From Parasitella parasitica NRRL 2501 (taxonomy: Eukaryota; Fungi; Mucoromycota): DNA of 64,000 nt. The stretch's first letter is position 1, and every line of letters starts with the position of its first letter. The stretch is from the NCBI GenBank assembly GCA_025201805.1, contig MU619322.1:32972-96971 (forward strand), given 5' to 3'. The notes beneath the pieces are model-generated. The model had not been told where the DNA came from. It saw only the letters and a list, made by a program, of their open reading frames with translations, and did no database searches. The position numbers and the translations under genes are program-made. Below, piece by piece: positions 26,601 through 39,371 of the stretch.

Positions 26601-29600
26601 ATCCAACTACGCTACTGCGTTTTAAAAGGGAAGCTATCTCAATGCAGCAATGACATTGAAAATGCGTATGCTTGGTATGACAAATGCAAAACACTGCTGG
26701 ACGAACATCCTGCTACCGAAATTGATGTTGGAAGCATGTACGATTCATTTATTAGCCGTGCCAGTATCGACAAGAAAATCGAGCTCTTGCAAGTTGGAAA
26801 ACTTTTCGTTACTGCCAAACAAAAGATGAAGGACGATGATTACGAGGGCGTAATTCAGGATCTCCAAGACGTTGTCCAGCCCAAGTTGATAAAGGAGGAA
26901 CCGATCGATTCAGACGAGAGCGTACAGATGATCACTGTGCTGGCCGAGGCATATTACAACAATCGACGATATCTGGATGCATGGAATTGCTATATGCGTT
27001 TGATTTGTTGTGCTGTGAAACAATTGGTTGATTATGGCAAGGCACAAATGCTTGTGCCTGCATTTTCCCGGCCGAGCAGGAATGAGGATGTTGAATTCAC
27101 AAGCATGTTGGCCCGCATTAGTGGCATTTTGGATGCATTAGTCAAGCTGGTTGACCAAGAGGTATATGAAGAATGGTTGCCCCTTGCCGAAACCCAGGAT
27201 CTTATGGATACCCTTTCAGTCCTACTGAGAATGTCCATTTACTACATTTTCAGACACCCGGATTTTGTGCCCATCGTCAACAATTTTACCAATCCTGACG
27301 TCCCACCTCATGCCCCATCCAAAATCACCAAAATGAACGGGTTTAATGACATTCTGATCAAGTCGTGGGTGCTCCAGTCTAGTTTGTTGCAGTACACGCT
27401 CAAGCTGAACAAGGACAGTGTCGCCAATAATGCTCTGATTATGTGGGGCGAGCTATTGCAGCAACTGCACGATGAGCTCGGCGAGAGAGAAGTGTGCGGC
27501 GCTGCCAAAACTATCTTTGTCCAGCATCTCATGCGTACGCTTGGCAAAGCCGACAGCACCGTATTCAGAAGAGAGATATACCAATGCTACCATTGTTTAT
27601 ACGGGGTCCATCTTGCAGTAAGTATCCTTGTTTCCATGATGCATTATAAGCCAACACAAACAACTAGGCCGAGTCAGGTTCAATCGAGGAGCACCACTGC
27701 ATACATAACAGTCTGGGTCGCAAGGCTGCTGAACCGCTCTTTGCTCTTGTAGCTGATGCAGCGATTGAAAAGCTAAAGGGTGGTTCACTGCTTAAAAATG
27801 ACCTCAAGGACGTGGTCGAGACCGTTTCGAGTTTGTTTGAAGATTTAAACACTAAAACACATATTCAATTGAAGAACAACGAAGGAATAATTCAGACCTA
27901 TCTCAACGGCAAATTGGAGATGTATTCATCGCTGGATACGATGCTCAGAACTGCCATCTTACCAACTGTCGATATTGATCCCAGGAAAATAGATGTATCG
28001 CCAGTGCTATTCTCTATCTTTTACATTCGAGGCAAAACATTGAGGCTGCAAATTAAGAATAGGGCCAAAACTACGAATGACAGGAACATGATTGATTTGG
28101 AAAAGGCTGTCGAGGAGTTTACAGTAAGTGTATACATGATGCATTTTGCGTTTAAAAGGCTAATTGATGGCCTAGTCTCATATTATTTTGAATCCAAACG
28201 ATGCTGATGGTTGGTGCGAGCTTGGTGTCTGTTATCAACTACTGGCTGCCGAAGAGTTGAACTGGAATGCATCTAATATCATAGAACATAACGATGTTAT
28301 CTGTGGGTACCAACGGGTACGTGCCATAAATGTAGCATATCGATGATTCTAGGCTAACTGTAGACCAACAGAAATCGTTTCATGCGTTTACTCGAGGTCT
28401 GTATTTACGCAATTTACCCTCAAAGGATGCAGCAAAGAACGAACTGTTTTCTGATTTCGGTAATCTCGTGTATTCTATTGCATCTCCTCCCATGAATATG
28501 GAAGCATTTAAGTTTACAGGCATAAGAAAGACATTAGGGCCGGACGGGAAACTAGCTGATGCACAAACAAAGATACCCCCCTTGAAATCAGCATACAGAC
28601 TTGCCATGGTTCTATACAATCATGCAATCCAGTACAAGACCGCCGATAGATTTGGATGGAGGTCAGTGCACGCTTGTCGATCCTATGCATTGCTAACCAC
28701 TTAAAATAGATGTTACTACATGGCTGGAAAATGTCTCGCTAAAATTGGCAGGCCACCCACAGTAAGTTTTTAAAAAAAAAGCAATGTCTTGTTCCTGATA
28801 TACGAACATCTATTCCGTTTAGGAGGTACTTCATTGGTACTTGCAAGCTATTTGCAGGACAAAGCCAAAGAACGGAAGACACGATCATGTATTAGAGCCT
28901 ATTTACATATTTTACTCTGCCCTCGTCAAATTCCTGTATCAAGGCCAAATCGATTCGAAGACTGCGTTGGATTTTCTATTCAAGGAAAAATCGCTGCAGG
29001 GGCCTGAAGAGAAAGATGTAGAGGTTGTTCACGTCGGCAATCATGCTGACGGTGTCACCGCTGTCGTGCAGGAACAACGGCCCGTCTCTGCAACAGATAA
29101 AGTCCTGAATGATTTGAAGCAACACTCTGCGCATTTACCCGTAGACACAGCTAATGCGTACAATGCAATCTTTAAGCGTATCACTGACATTCGAACAGCC
29201 GACAGCAAAGGGTGGCATCATCGCCCCATTTATAGAGTATGCGCAAACAAGACAAAGCAGGATGTGAGGTTTTACTAATATGATGATGGCGTAGATTGCT
29301 TGGATGTATTACCATGTATACCATCAAACCGAAGAAGCCAAGTCGGAACTGCTCAATCTTTTCTCGCTCAAAGGAAACAGCAAGTACCATGTCAATATTT
29401 GGAAGCACGGTTTTGAATTGTAAGTGTGGTGTGCCGCTCTGTTTCAACAAGTCATAGTCATGCATACAAAACGTCTCGTTCATATAGGCCCGGAAAGCAC
29501 TATGTCTATGCGAAAAAATACACATTGTTTTTAATCCAGCTTGCAGAAGAATCTAATGATTCTCAGACGCTGAAAAATCTGTACCGAAAACTGAAGAAAG

Positions 29601-30138
29601 CAAAGCAGTTGATCATGAACGAAAAACAAGACTTTCGCAAAGCATATCGTGCTTTTCTACAGGTGAAAACGGATGCGCGCCAGAATGACAAATGTATTTA
29701 TCAAGCTCTCTAAAATAGATTACCAAAGTTCATCTCGTAAGCATTTATCATGCAGAAAGTGTTTTGGAACGAATTAGAAACGCGCGATTAGACAAACTGA
29801 AATTTGAGGCAATCTGCAGCACATTTGTCAAAGCCCTGAGTGAAGATAAATCATTAACCGATCCCGAATTGTACGCTATCATCCAGGACTTGGCTGAATT
29901 GAGGCGGTTGACCCATCTTTTTATATCAGTAACTGATTCCGATGATGATGGTTTGGACGATGCTATTCAAATGTGCTTTGCTGTGGTAGCATTTGGTGGA
30001 GACGACATGAGCGCAAAGTTAAACGAGGAGAGCAACATGCAACTGGACGAAAATAATGGTCAAATACTACTAGAAACGCTCTCCACTCAAGCAAAGATAT
30101 TGATGCAAAACACAACAACCACTTCCAAGATGGCCTAA
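23685..30138 (+). CDS. HIR3: Histone transcription regulator 3 (Hir3/CABIN1-like, HIR histone chaperone complex); many exons
   Basis: N-terminus M|SNWNTLNN..ELQVERLLETYQNTLKLQ..KYEEL. Also FLVFKNYA, AVEIDPTDYSLW, RFARLAYE, QCYHCLYG, HDHVLEPIY and KGWHHRPIYR; TPR-like helical character. Confidence 0.82.
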
Positions 30139-31062
30139 AAACCTTAATTACCCTATTTTTCTTGCTTAATAGATCAAATAAGATGGTTGATCGCCATTTA
30201 TAGCCACTGGAAGAAAGCGGTTTCCAGTCTTTTCCAGCTATCACATAACCTAAATGATCTATAGAAAAATGACTACTAGTACGCTATATTTAACATGCCC
30301 TTACCAAGCACTGGTTAACGAAATCTACGTCCCCCAGTTCATAAAGTAGTACGACATGTTGTTAAATATAGCTCATTTTGATATTCATTTTGGCTACCTT
30401 GTTTAAGCGTTATTGTTATTTACGACATGTTGTAATAATCGTATGTGTGTTCCACTTTGTTTTAAACTTACTTTTTTTTTTTTTTCTAATCTGCCAAGGT
30501 GGAATTATTGTGGTCCCATATTCATTAAAGAGAAATCATAGACGCAGATAACGTTTTGAGATGGAGAAAGACATGTACTTTTTGAAAAAAAGAAAAGGGC
30601 ATTTGCAAGAAATATTATTGAACATGAGCTACTCTTTCCCTGACCTGACCAAACCATCATCTCGGCGAGTTGGGGTATAGGCCAAGTTTTGCTGGTTTGA
30701 ATCATATTATTTATTATATTCCATGTGTGATATTCAGGGATCGTGATTTGACATGCCACTTGATATTTTTCAGTTTAGGATTAATAGTGTTCAAACAGGG
30801 GTGAGATCGCAAGCGAAACCTTTATTTGTAGACAAAAAGCGTTGACAGGTCGACTGGCTACACACACAAACAAAGATGCTACGCTTGGATCAAGTGCATT
30901 TTCTATTCGCTGATTCAGGCATGCCCTTCTGTCCCTCTCCAGAAACATTCAGGTTCTATTTTTGGAATGGAGAACCCGCTTGCTTGTCAAACAAATTCTA
31001 GTATAAAAAGCTCCAGCATTGCACTGATTTCCCTTCTTTTTTTTTTTCTCACTATTCAAAAT

Positions 31063-32637
31063 ATGAAATTCTCACTGTTTACACTCGCATCTTGCATGCT
31101 TATTTCAGCAGAGGCTGCCTCTGTTACATTCAATGTTGTGTCACCCAATGCTGAAAAGGTCCAAGTTAAAGTCAATGGCAAGACTACTACTCTTGAAGCT
31201 CCTATTCCAAATGTCCCCTTCTTTAATGGCACCGTAGATGTGAGCTCTGAGTCTACCTACACTTATATCTCGGATGGCAAATCTGAAAACTTTGACCGCG
31301 ATTTACCAGATGGCCGTAGCTCGACATTCAATGACTTTTATGGCCGTCCGATCACTGTTGCTGATATCCCCGCTCTCCCTCGTCCCTTAGATAACAACAA
31401 GGAGTGGGCTCGTGCATATGAAGATCCAGATCTCTTTGATACCAACTATATTCCCAGCATATTTGTTATTGGTGACAGTCAAGACATGAATACACTTATT
31501 AAGGACACACCCAAGGATCAGTACATTGTCGATCTTGCTATTGTCGCTAGAGACTATGTCGAGACATTCACTAACGTATCCCTCAGTATTTCCGGTGCCG
31601 GAAAGAAGCATAATCCAGCCAAACAGTCTTGGAGATGGACTCTTTCTCCCGGTGAGTATATTAATGGCCGCAACAACTTCAAGATTCGCCACATGGAAGA
31701 GGACCCCACTCAGATGCGTGAAAAGCTGTATGCTGATTGCCTTCGTGCTATGGGTACTTATGCGAACCAAGCTAATATGGTGCGCTACTTTATCAATGGC
31801 CAAGGCTTTGGTACATTCACCATGCTTGATGATGTCAAGGATTACTCTTATATTCGCTCTGTCTTTTACAATGGCAAGCCTCCCAAGCAGATGGGTCCTT
31901 TGTTTGACGGTTCCTCAGGTGCTGGTTTCCAATACATCTCAGATCCTTACAGTTATGGCAATTTCAAGCCTACCCCTGGTTCCCCTGAAGGATCCGAAGC
32001 AATCTACCCATTGGCAAAGGCTTTTCACGAACTCGACGTCAAGAACGATAAAGATATCAAGAAATTCGAGGAGATGTTTGATGTTGATCAGTTTCTTCGT
32101 TTCATGGTGATGGAGTATCTTGGTGGCAGCTGGGATGGTTACTGGGCAATGCAAACCAACGACGGCGCCTATAAGGATTATGCAAGCAACGATACATGGT
32201 ACTATCTCGGTCAGGATTACGACGGAACGTTTGGTGTTAATTTACCCGTCGATCCCTTGAACTGGCCTTACCAGAAGTACATTTCCAACTACAGTGATGC
32301 TGTCTTGATCAATGGTCTGCTCAAGAACCAAAACCTTGCTGACACTTTTGAGACATACATTCAAGATACCGTAAAGGAACTCTTTAACAACGATACCCTT
32401 GGCACACATATTACGGCTTACCGCAAATTTATTGCTCCGGATATTGAATGGGATCGTTCCATCAAGCAATTGTCTCCCGGTATTAACTACGGCTGGACAT
32501 ACGATCAATCTTATGAAAATCTCTTTGAAGAAGTGGTAGCTCCAAACAAAAATGGCGGTGGTGCCCAGTACGGCCTTACCGAATGGATCGCAAAGAAGTC
32601 CAAGGTTGTCGCCAAGACCTTCAAATTTTCCTTGTAA
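31063..32637 (+). CDS. cotH: CotH spore-coat protein (CotH kinase-like family), single exon, secreted
   Basis: Signal peptide MKFSLFTLASCMLISAEA. Motifs TFNDFYGRP, AKQSW, KIRHMEEDPTQMREKLY, WDGYWAMQTNDGAY, QDYDGTFG and IAPDIEWDRS. Confidence 0.93.
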   Translation: MKFSLFTLASCMLISAEAASVTFNVVSPNAEKVQVKVNGKTTTLEAPIPNVPFFNGTVDVSSESTYTYISDGKSENFDRDLPDGRSSTFNDFYGRPITVADIPALPRPLDNNKEWARAYEDPDLFDTNYIPSIFVIGDSQDMNTLIKDTPKDQYIVDLAIVARDYVETFTNVSLSISGAGKKHNPAKQSWRWTLSPGEYINGRNNFKIRHMEEDPTQMREKLYADCLRAMGTYANQANMVRYFINGQGFGTFTMLDDVKDYSYIRSVFYNGKPPKQMGPLFDGSSGAGFQYISDPYSYGNFKPTPGSPEGSEAIYPLAKAFHELDVKNDKDIKKFEEMFDVDQFLRFMVMEYLGGSWDGYWAMQTNDGAYKDYASNDTWYYLGQDYDGTFGVNLPVDPLNWPYQKYISNYSDAVLINGLLKNQNLADTFETYIQDTVKELFNNDTLGTHITAYRKFIAPDIEWDRSIKQLSPGINYGWTYDQSYENLFEEVVAPNKNGGGAQYGLTEWIAKKSKVVAKTFKFSL

Positions 32638-33481
32638 CATTTTTAAAATATACGTTTGCTATAATATCCTCTTGATTCCCCCCCCCCTCCCTGCTTACTT
32701 TCCTTCATGTGAGCATACACCATTGTTGAAAACTCTTTTAATAATTATATTTCAAATAAAAATTTGAAACTTTTAAAACTGCAATGTATTATGGCTTTAT
32801 TTGTGCTAAATACAGCTTTTTACGCTTTCAAATCACGAGAGCAGACTGTTGAGTGTACTTGAAATCAAATGTGCTTGATCAATTTAGCACTTGTCAAAAT
32901 ACAAATCTAAAAAGCGCAAACCAGTATTGTGGATCATGATTTGTAAAACGTTATACACTTGGCATACGGCATGCAGATGTACTGTGGCAGCGCAATGTTC
33001 CAGGCAAGGAAAAAAAAAAGTAGCATCCAAGTCTTGCTAGTACGTACACCGGGTATACAGCAATCAAATACAATTGAAATAAGGTTTTTTCAATAGAATG
33101 GCAGCAACGCTACCAAACAATACGCAAAATACATTTCAATGGGTAGTTATCAATTATTGAGATAGGCAGTGGATTTAATATAAACACCTTGTTAATTTTA
33201 AGGACACATCAACATTAAAAAATCTACAAATTATGAACGACTGCATTGGGATCTTTTATTTATTTGCTTGGAGGATCGTGGAACACTGCGTAGGTATTTG
33301 TGTTAATTTCATATGGCAGTATTACCTCAACTCAGCGAGCCAATGCAGGCTTTACGGTTAAACAACAGCACCGCACTTTTTCGCAAACATTATTTGAAGT
33401 AGTGCAGTTATTGATTCATCTATTTACTTCGTTCCCACTATATTGCAACTGTTTACTTTACTGTATTGAACTTCTGAGACA

Positions 33482-36400
33482 ATGACAACGCCATGGAGCT
33501 CATTTCAAATGAAGACTTCAAAACGGGGCAATACACAACAACAGCAGCAACAACAACTACAGCAACAAGCGCAAGGGGATAATAACAGCAGTGGAGATGG
33601 CAATGAGCCAATCCTTGGAATGCGATACACCCCAATTGCACCATACGGCGGCCTTGCTGTACACAGAGACTCGCCCGAGAAACGACGAAATGTCAGGGCA
33701 TGGTAAATCACCCCATGAAAATGTAAAATCCATCTTACAGAATATTATTATTTGCAGTGATGAATGCAAACGTAAGAAAATCAAATGTCAAACGGCTGAA
33801 GGTGCCAGAACATGCAAAAACTGCATTACCAGCGAGAAAGGCTGCACTTATAACACTAGGTTTGTTGTCGTTTACTCGTTTTTTTTTTTTTTTTTGATCC
33901 AAATGTTTACTATTATACGCAGCGTAAAGAAGAGAGGTCCACCGCGCGGGTGAGTAAACTGCCTTCTGCATTTAATGCTGTACGCTTATTGACATGTGCG
34001 TGCCTGATACAGATACGCTGCAATTTTGGAGAATAGGCTGAAACGGATTGAGGGTCTGATTGATGGTATTTCAGCAACAGCAGCAGCAGCAGCGACCGCT
34101 GATCCATCATCGCCATCCAAACGCCCAGCGTCTCAATCCGATGATTCACCGCTAGTAAACGATCCAAATGTTGGTAAAAAACCGAGCATAGCAGAGCGCA
34201 ATAAAAAATGGCTGCTTGACAAAGTCAAAGACTCTCATTTAACCTCTGAGGGACGATTCTACAGTGGCTACGGCATCACCCATATCATCAATACCGAAAA
34301 GTTCGAACAGTTCAAGAAAAACGACTCGTCAAGCTATGGCATCGACATTCAGCATAGAAAAAATAGCGATTATTTTCACATGAAGCGAATAGAATCCTTT
34401 GACGAGCAAAGGAAAGAGCAAATCCGAGAATTGGTGGCCCTTGGTGTTATCAAATCTGCAGGAGCCATATCGAATATTGACGATTGGATATTCCACGTCG
34501 CTGGCATAGATCGAAACTTGAGCGACAGATTGCTTAAAGNNNNNNNNNNNNNNNNNNNNNNNNNNNNNNNNNNNNNNNNNNNNNNNNNNNNNNNNNNNNN
34601 NNNNNNNNNAAAAAAAAAAAAAAAAAAAAAGAAGCTCAAGCACAACCATCTCATTTTTCCTACAAATTTAGATATTTCGCTTACATACACCCGCTGCTCC
34701 CTGTTGTCAATAAATCAGCTCTTCTGGAGGAATATCGCGGTATTAGGGCTACATTTCCAGCAGCTACATTACTGAATGCCATCTATGGTGCATCGGTTCG
34801 CTATGTAAACAATTGCATCAAGTTTGACGATTGGCAAAGACTCGATAATGGCAGGGAGTGGCAGTTTCCTCACAATTTCTCAGAGAAATTGTTCCAGAAC
34901 TTGATTACGTGTATAAAAGGACGATATGTTCCACGTTTATCGACTATTCAGGCCATCCTCATTGCTCACAATCACTCGGCAAATGTAGAAAGCTGGACAT
35001 CTGGCTGGCTTCTCAACTGCATAGTAAGTTTTAATGCATTCAAAACGTACTACAGTTATGCTTAAATTTTTCATAGGCTGTCAGAATGGTATATTTAGCA
35101 TATACATGTATATATATATGACAATTTTGCTTTGTTGGCTCACAAAATTTTAGAGCCAAGATATTGGGCTGAATAGATCCACTGAAGGCTGGAGCATATC
35201 TGAACAAGAAAAACAGACAAGAAGAATGGTGTGGGCATCTGGTATTTGTGTATATGCCTGCAGTTTTTTTTTTTCTTTTTTGATTTATCCAAGACGATTT
35301 AGGCTATGTGCTTGATCGGTGGTTTTCTGCGGGAACAGGTCGACCATTGACTGTATTTGACGAGGTATTCAAGCGATTTCAAGTGATTTCAATGCCTACG
35401 GTTTTTACAAAGCTCACTAACAATACGCATTTTAGGACTGTGATGAGATACGCCCTTCCGAGAATGTCAGTTTAGACGAAGTGATGGATACCATGACAGA
35501 GACTGACCAGCACATTCCGCGGTTTCCATCACTGGACAAGCATATTGCAGAGAAAGCCAACCACAGCTCGATCCCAATGTACCAGCCGTTTGTGCAATTA
35601 CTGAAATTATCCGAAATCCTCGGCCGCATCTTACAAGGGCTTTACACTCCCAAGGCAAAGAAACACAGCGCACAGTATGGTAGCGATACGATGGTAGCGT
35701 ATCTTGACGACGAGCTGTCCAAATGGAGAGCAGCACTTCCGCCACTTTTGGAGATATCTTCGGCTGGCGAGAGGACTATGCAATCCAAGGAGCACCACCC
35801 GCTGCTATCTATGGCTGGTCTGATTTGCATGTCCTATTGCACAGTGCTGATTCTGCTGCATCGGCCTTTTATCGAGAAAGAATCAAGCAAGTCCAAAATG
35901 TCTTCAAGAAGCTCGCTGACTATATGCACTAGTGCTGCAATTCGAATTGTCGAGGTATCAGAAAACATGCACTACCGAGACTTTTTGATGGTGTCGTGGG
36001 GATTTGCACTCTACCCTCTGTTCACAGCAGCGTTGATACACACCTACAATTGCTCTAATCCTGACTCCATCGTGTCTGACGTGGCGAAATCGAACCTTGT
36101 GCGTGCTTTGGCTGTGGTCGATAAGCTTTGTCTGTTATCCCCCACGACGGCCAACATGAGTAATATTCTGAAAAAAGTGATTGCAATGAGCCCTATATTT
36201 GTAAACGACCCTGACTTTGTGGCAATGGTCAATATCAAGAAGAGCGTTGTTGGTCCAGGTTGCTTGGATAGAGTTGGGGATCCGTACTCTAAGCCAAATT
36301 ACCATGCCAGCGAAATCAACAGTCTTCAAAGCGAGACATCGTCGCTACCACCCTCTGACAATTGTGATGCTGGCGCTGACCTACACAGTCAAGGCTTTGG

Positions 36401-37146
36401 TAAGGGGCCTGCGCCTCCTGCTTGGGACGAAGACTGGCTCAGCCAGCTGTACACTACACCCACGCAGCCTAATCTTGACATAAATCGTACGTAGAATATG
36501 CATTTGAATTTAGCCTAAACTGTTTCTAACGCTAATGCACGTGGTACATGCATGCATAGATACTGAAAATACAGCAAATGCCATGCCTCATATTGTAAAT
36601 TCCACAGCCCAGCAGCAGTATCAGCAGCAACCAAGCAGAATGGACGCTTATTCCATTCGACAGTTTGGATTCGGCATTGACCAGATCCAGCAGCAGATGG
36701 CTGAAGCGTCCACCACCGCCCATAGTGGGACTAACCCGCAACCACGCTGCTATTATAAGGAGACTTTGTCTTTAAAAATAAGTAACAATGAATCATTCAA
36801 ACAACAAGGGGGTGGCATGACTGCAAACACAACGACAACTGCAGCATCGTCCTCTGCGCATTCTCGGGCTGCATTGTTCGACTTTGCGGATGTCTCGTTT
36901 CCTTATTACTACGGATCACCGCTAACAAGCAGCACAAATGCAATGCCAACCAGCTCCGTTAGCTCTGCGCCGAATGCTTGTTGGCCCAGTCATGGCAGCA
37001 TCAACGTGAGCGATTTATATCCAAATGATCCTTCTGCTCTCTTTCGATACCGTCCTGATAATCCCTTTTGGGGCATACCCAGCAGCATGGGCGCTGACGA
37101 TTGGCAAGCGTATTTGTCACCACACCAACAGGAACAGCATCATTAA
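33482..37146 (+). CDS. Zn(II)2Cys6 transcription factor with fungal-specific middle homology domain; multi-exon, one intron contains a gap
   Basis: Spliced RACDECKRKKIKC..CKNC......C.Y..SVKKRGPPRGY, then YFAYIHPLLPVVNK, AVRMSQDIGLNR, LDRWFSAGTGRP and ILLHRPF; Q-rich ends. Confidence 0.9.
34540..34609. other. Assembly gap (70 N) within an intron
   Basis: Run of N. Confidence 1.
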
Positions 37147-37299
37147 ATTAAATGACTGATCACCATTATGGTATAATTATATCCAATTTAAAATATATAT
37201 TTGTGGACGTAAAACTTGTATATAATTGCGAAATAAAGTATTATTAACCTTACGAAAATAGAACAACTGGACATGTCAAGTATTCTTGTTTCATGATGT

Positions 37300-37330
<31 letters not shown>

Positions 37331-37331
37331 T

Positions 37332-37366
<35 letters not shown>

Positions 37367-37611
37367 GCTTGGAACGTCAAGCCTTTTAAAGTAGTAGACC
37401 AGCAGCAATAACACAGAAAACTCAATGAGGAATGAAAGATGATGTTTTTATTGTACACATGTACTATTAATAAATAAGTTTCTGGTTGATTGATATTGTG
37501 TGTGTGTATATATATATATATATTATATGTGAATATGAATATGTGAAAATTGGTAGAAAATGAATGTACACAATAATGATAATATTAAAATGAAAGGGGA
37601 GAAGGGAATTA

Positions 37612-39272
37612 TTATACAAGTGTTACTTCAGATTGTTTCACGAATGTGCCTCTATTGGGTAACGTCCTAAAATAGCGCTTACCATCAATAGAACCATCAC
37701 TTGAGCCGACTTTTTTTTTTTTTTTTTAATAGAGTTTAGTAAGGCTGCTGATCATTTTGAATTGTATTAAACTCACCAGTTCTGTCCAACTCGACACCCA
37801 AGAAACGGCCATCTCTATTTTCGACTTTTCCCACATACAGGATGGTGCCCAAGGTAACAACCGGTTTATTTAACAATTGCACACGTTGACCAACCTTAAA
37901 ATGTAGCGCAGCCTGTCCAAAAACGATGGTACATAAACGTGAGCGAAATTTCATGTTCCAAGAAGCGCCCTTGTTGCATTTGTGCGCTGTTGCAGGTGGC
38001 GGTGGAGTAGGCTTCGTATTGCAATTCCCCGGTTTTTGATTTTGCACTAGCAGCGTGTTCACTGGTACAACTAGGTCTAAAATGAAATAATATAAATGTT
38101 TGTCGTTCATGTGATCAATTTCGTCCGTTTACAGTACCTTGTGCGAGCTGCTCTATTACATTTTTGTCAATTGTATCCAGTTGTTTTATTTCAGTCAAAT
38201 GCTTTGCAATATATCTAATCGTTTTCGATTTTGCAGACTGCAGTATCTCCTTGACAAGCGGCGTCCGTTGGACAATATCGCGGCACATGAGTGATCGCAC
38301 GATGCCCTTGTACAACGAGTAGGCGTTGTAATCGTTCATCTCTTGCAAAATGCAGGTCATTAGGTAGTCCAAGAAATCAAACGAATAGGTGATGCCATCG
38401 ACACAGGAAAGCAGCTTGGGATACTTTGTGCAGTAGAAATCAAAGTGATCTGCCAGCAGCTTTGATCCCATGTTTCGAACTTTCTGCAGCGTGGACTTCA
38501 AATCGCCATTTTTATCTGATACACGATCCTTGGCCAGGAAACAGCCATGCAGTGTTTCAATGGCATTGTTCCTGTTCACATGGTTACATAGTCTTGATTC
38601 GAGATACTCGTGCAGGGAGCTGGTCTCTGTGAACAAGACAGCCATAGACTCGCTTGACCAGTAACTAGGCAGCGTCTTTTCCGGGTCCTGGTCCAGCAAT
38701 TTCAAAATAGCTTGCGTTATTTGATTCAAATTTGGGTCGTTCCGTTGATTTGAGCCTGCAAATGAAAGTAATTGAGGCACTAGCTCGGTGCAGCTGCTGC
38801 AGTAACATACGAGGCCATGTGTCAGTTTGATGACATGATCTTTTACTGTAGAGCAAAGGCCTTCTATCCCAAGGTAATCGGCCGCTGAGTAGACAGCTTC
38901 CAGTTGCTCCAACGTGTCCCTGTTCCGATCACCCGATTCTTTGATTGATTTTGTATACATGTAGTAAAGTACGTCATCCAATACGGTAGAAGTAAATATG
39001 CCTCTTGGCAGGAATACGATTGACGCCTCTGCTTCTTGGAATTGGCTGTTGAAAACTGCATCAAAGTAATGGGATGTCGATTTCAGCACATCTTTATGAC
39101 ATGCCCAATGGTTTTTTTCGGGGACATTTAAGCTAGTGCTGCTGCTGCTGCTGCTGTTGAAACTGTCGCTTGTTGTCCCTGAATCGGAACTATTGTAATA
39201 TTGCTTTTCAGCGGGTGCCAATGCTAATATAACATTATGATTTGACTCTTGACCAAAGGATTGTTTGCGCAT
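37612..39272 (-). CDS. BTB/POZ-domain protein with C-terminal CAP-Gly domain; 3 exons
   Basis: BTB motifs CHKDVLKSTSHYFDAVFNSQFQEA, VLYYMYT and AADYLGIEGL. CAP-Gly: VGQRVQL..GTILYVGKV..GRFLGVELDRT|VGSSDGSIDGKRYF..LPNRGTFVK. Confidence 0.85.
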
Positions 39273-39371
39273 ATTATAAAGCTTAAAAAAAGAGAGAGAG
39301 AGAGAGAGGGAGAGAGAGAGAGAGAAAGGAAAAAAAAAAAAAAAACGGATGTTTATACAACTTTATTCTGT

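Noticed and set aside
37299-37364. Long poly(A) runs here and poly(T) runs at 60826-60890 as retroposon tails
   Set aside because: No element body or target-site duplication; homopolymers are common throughout this assembly.
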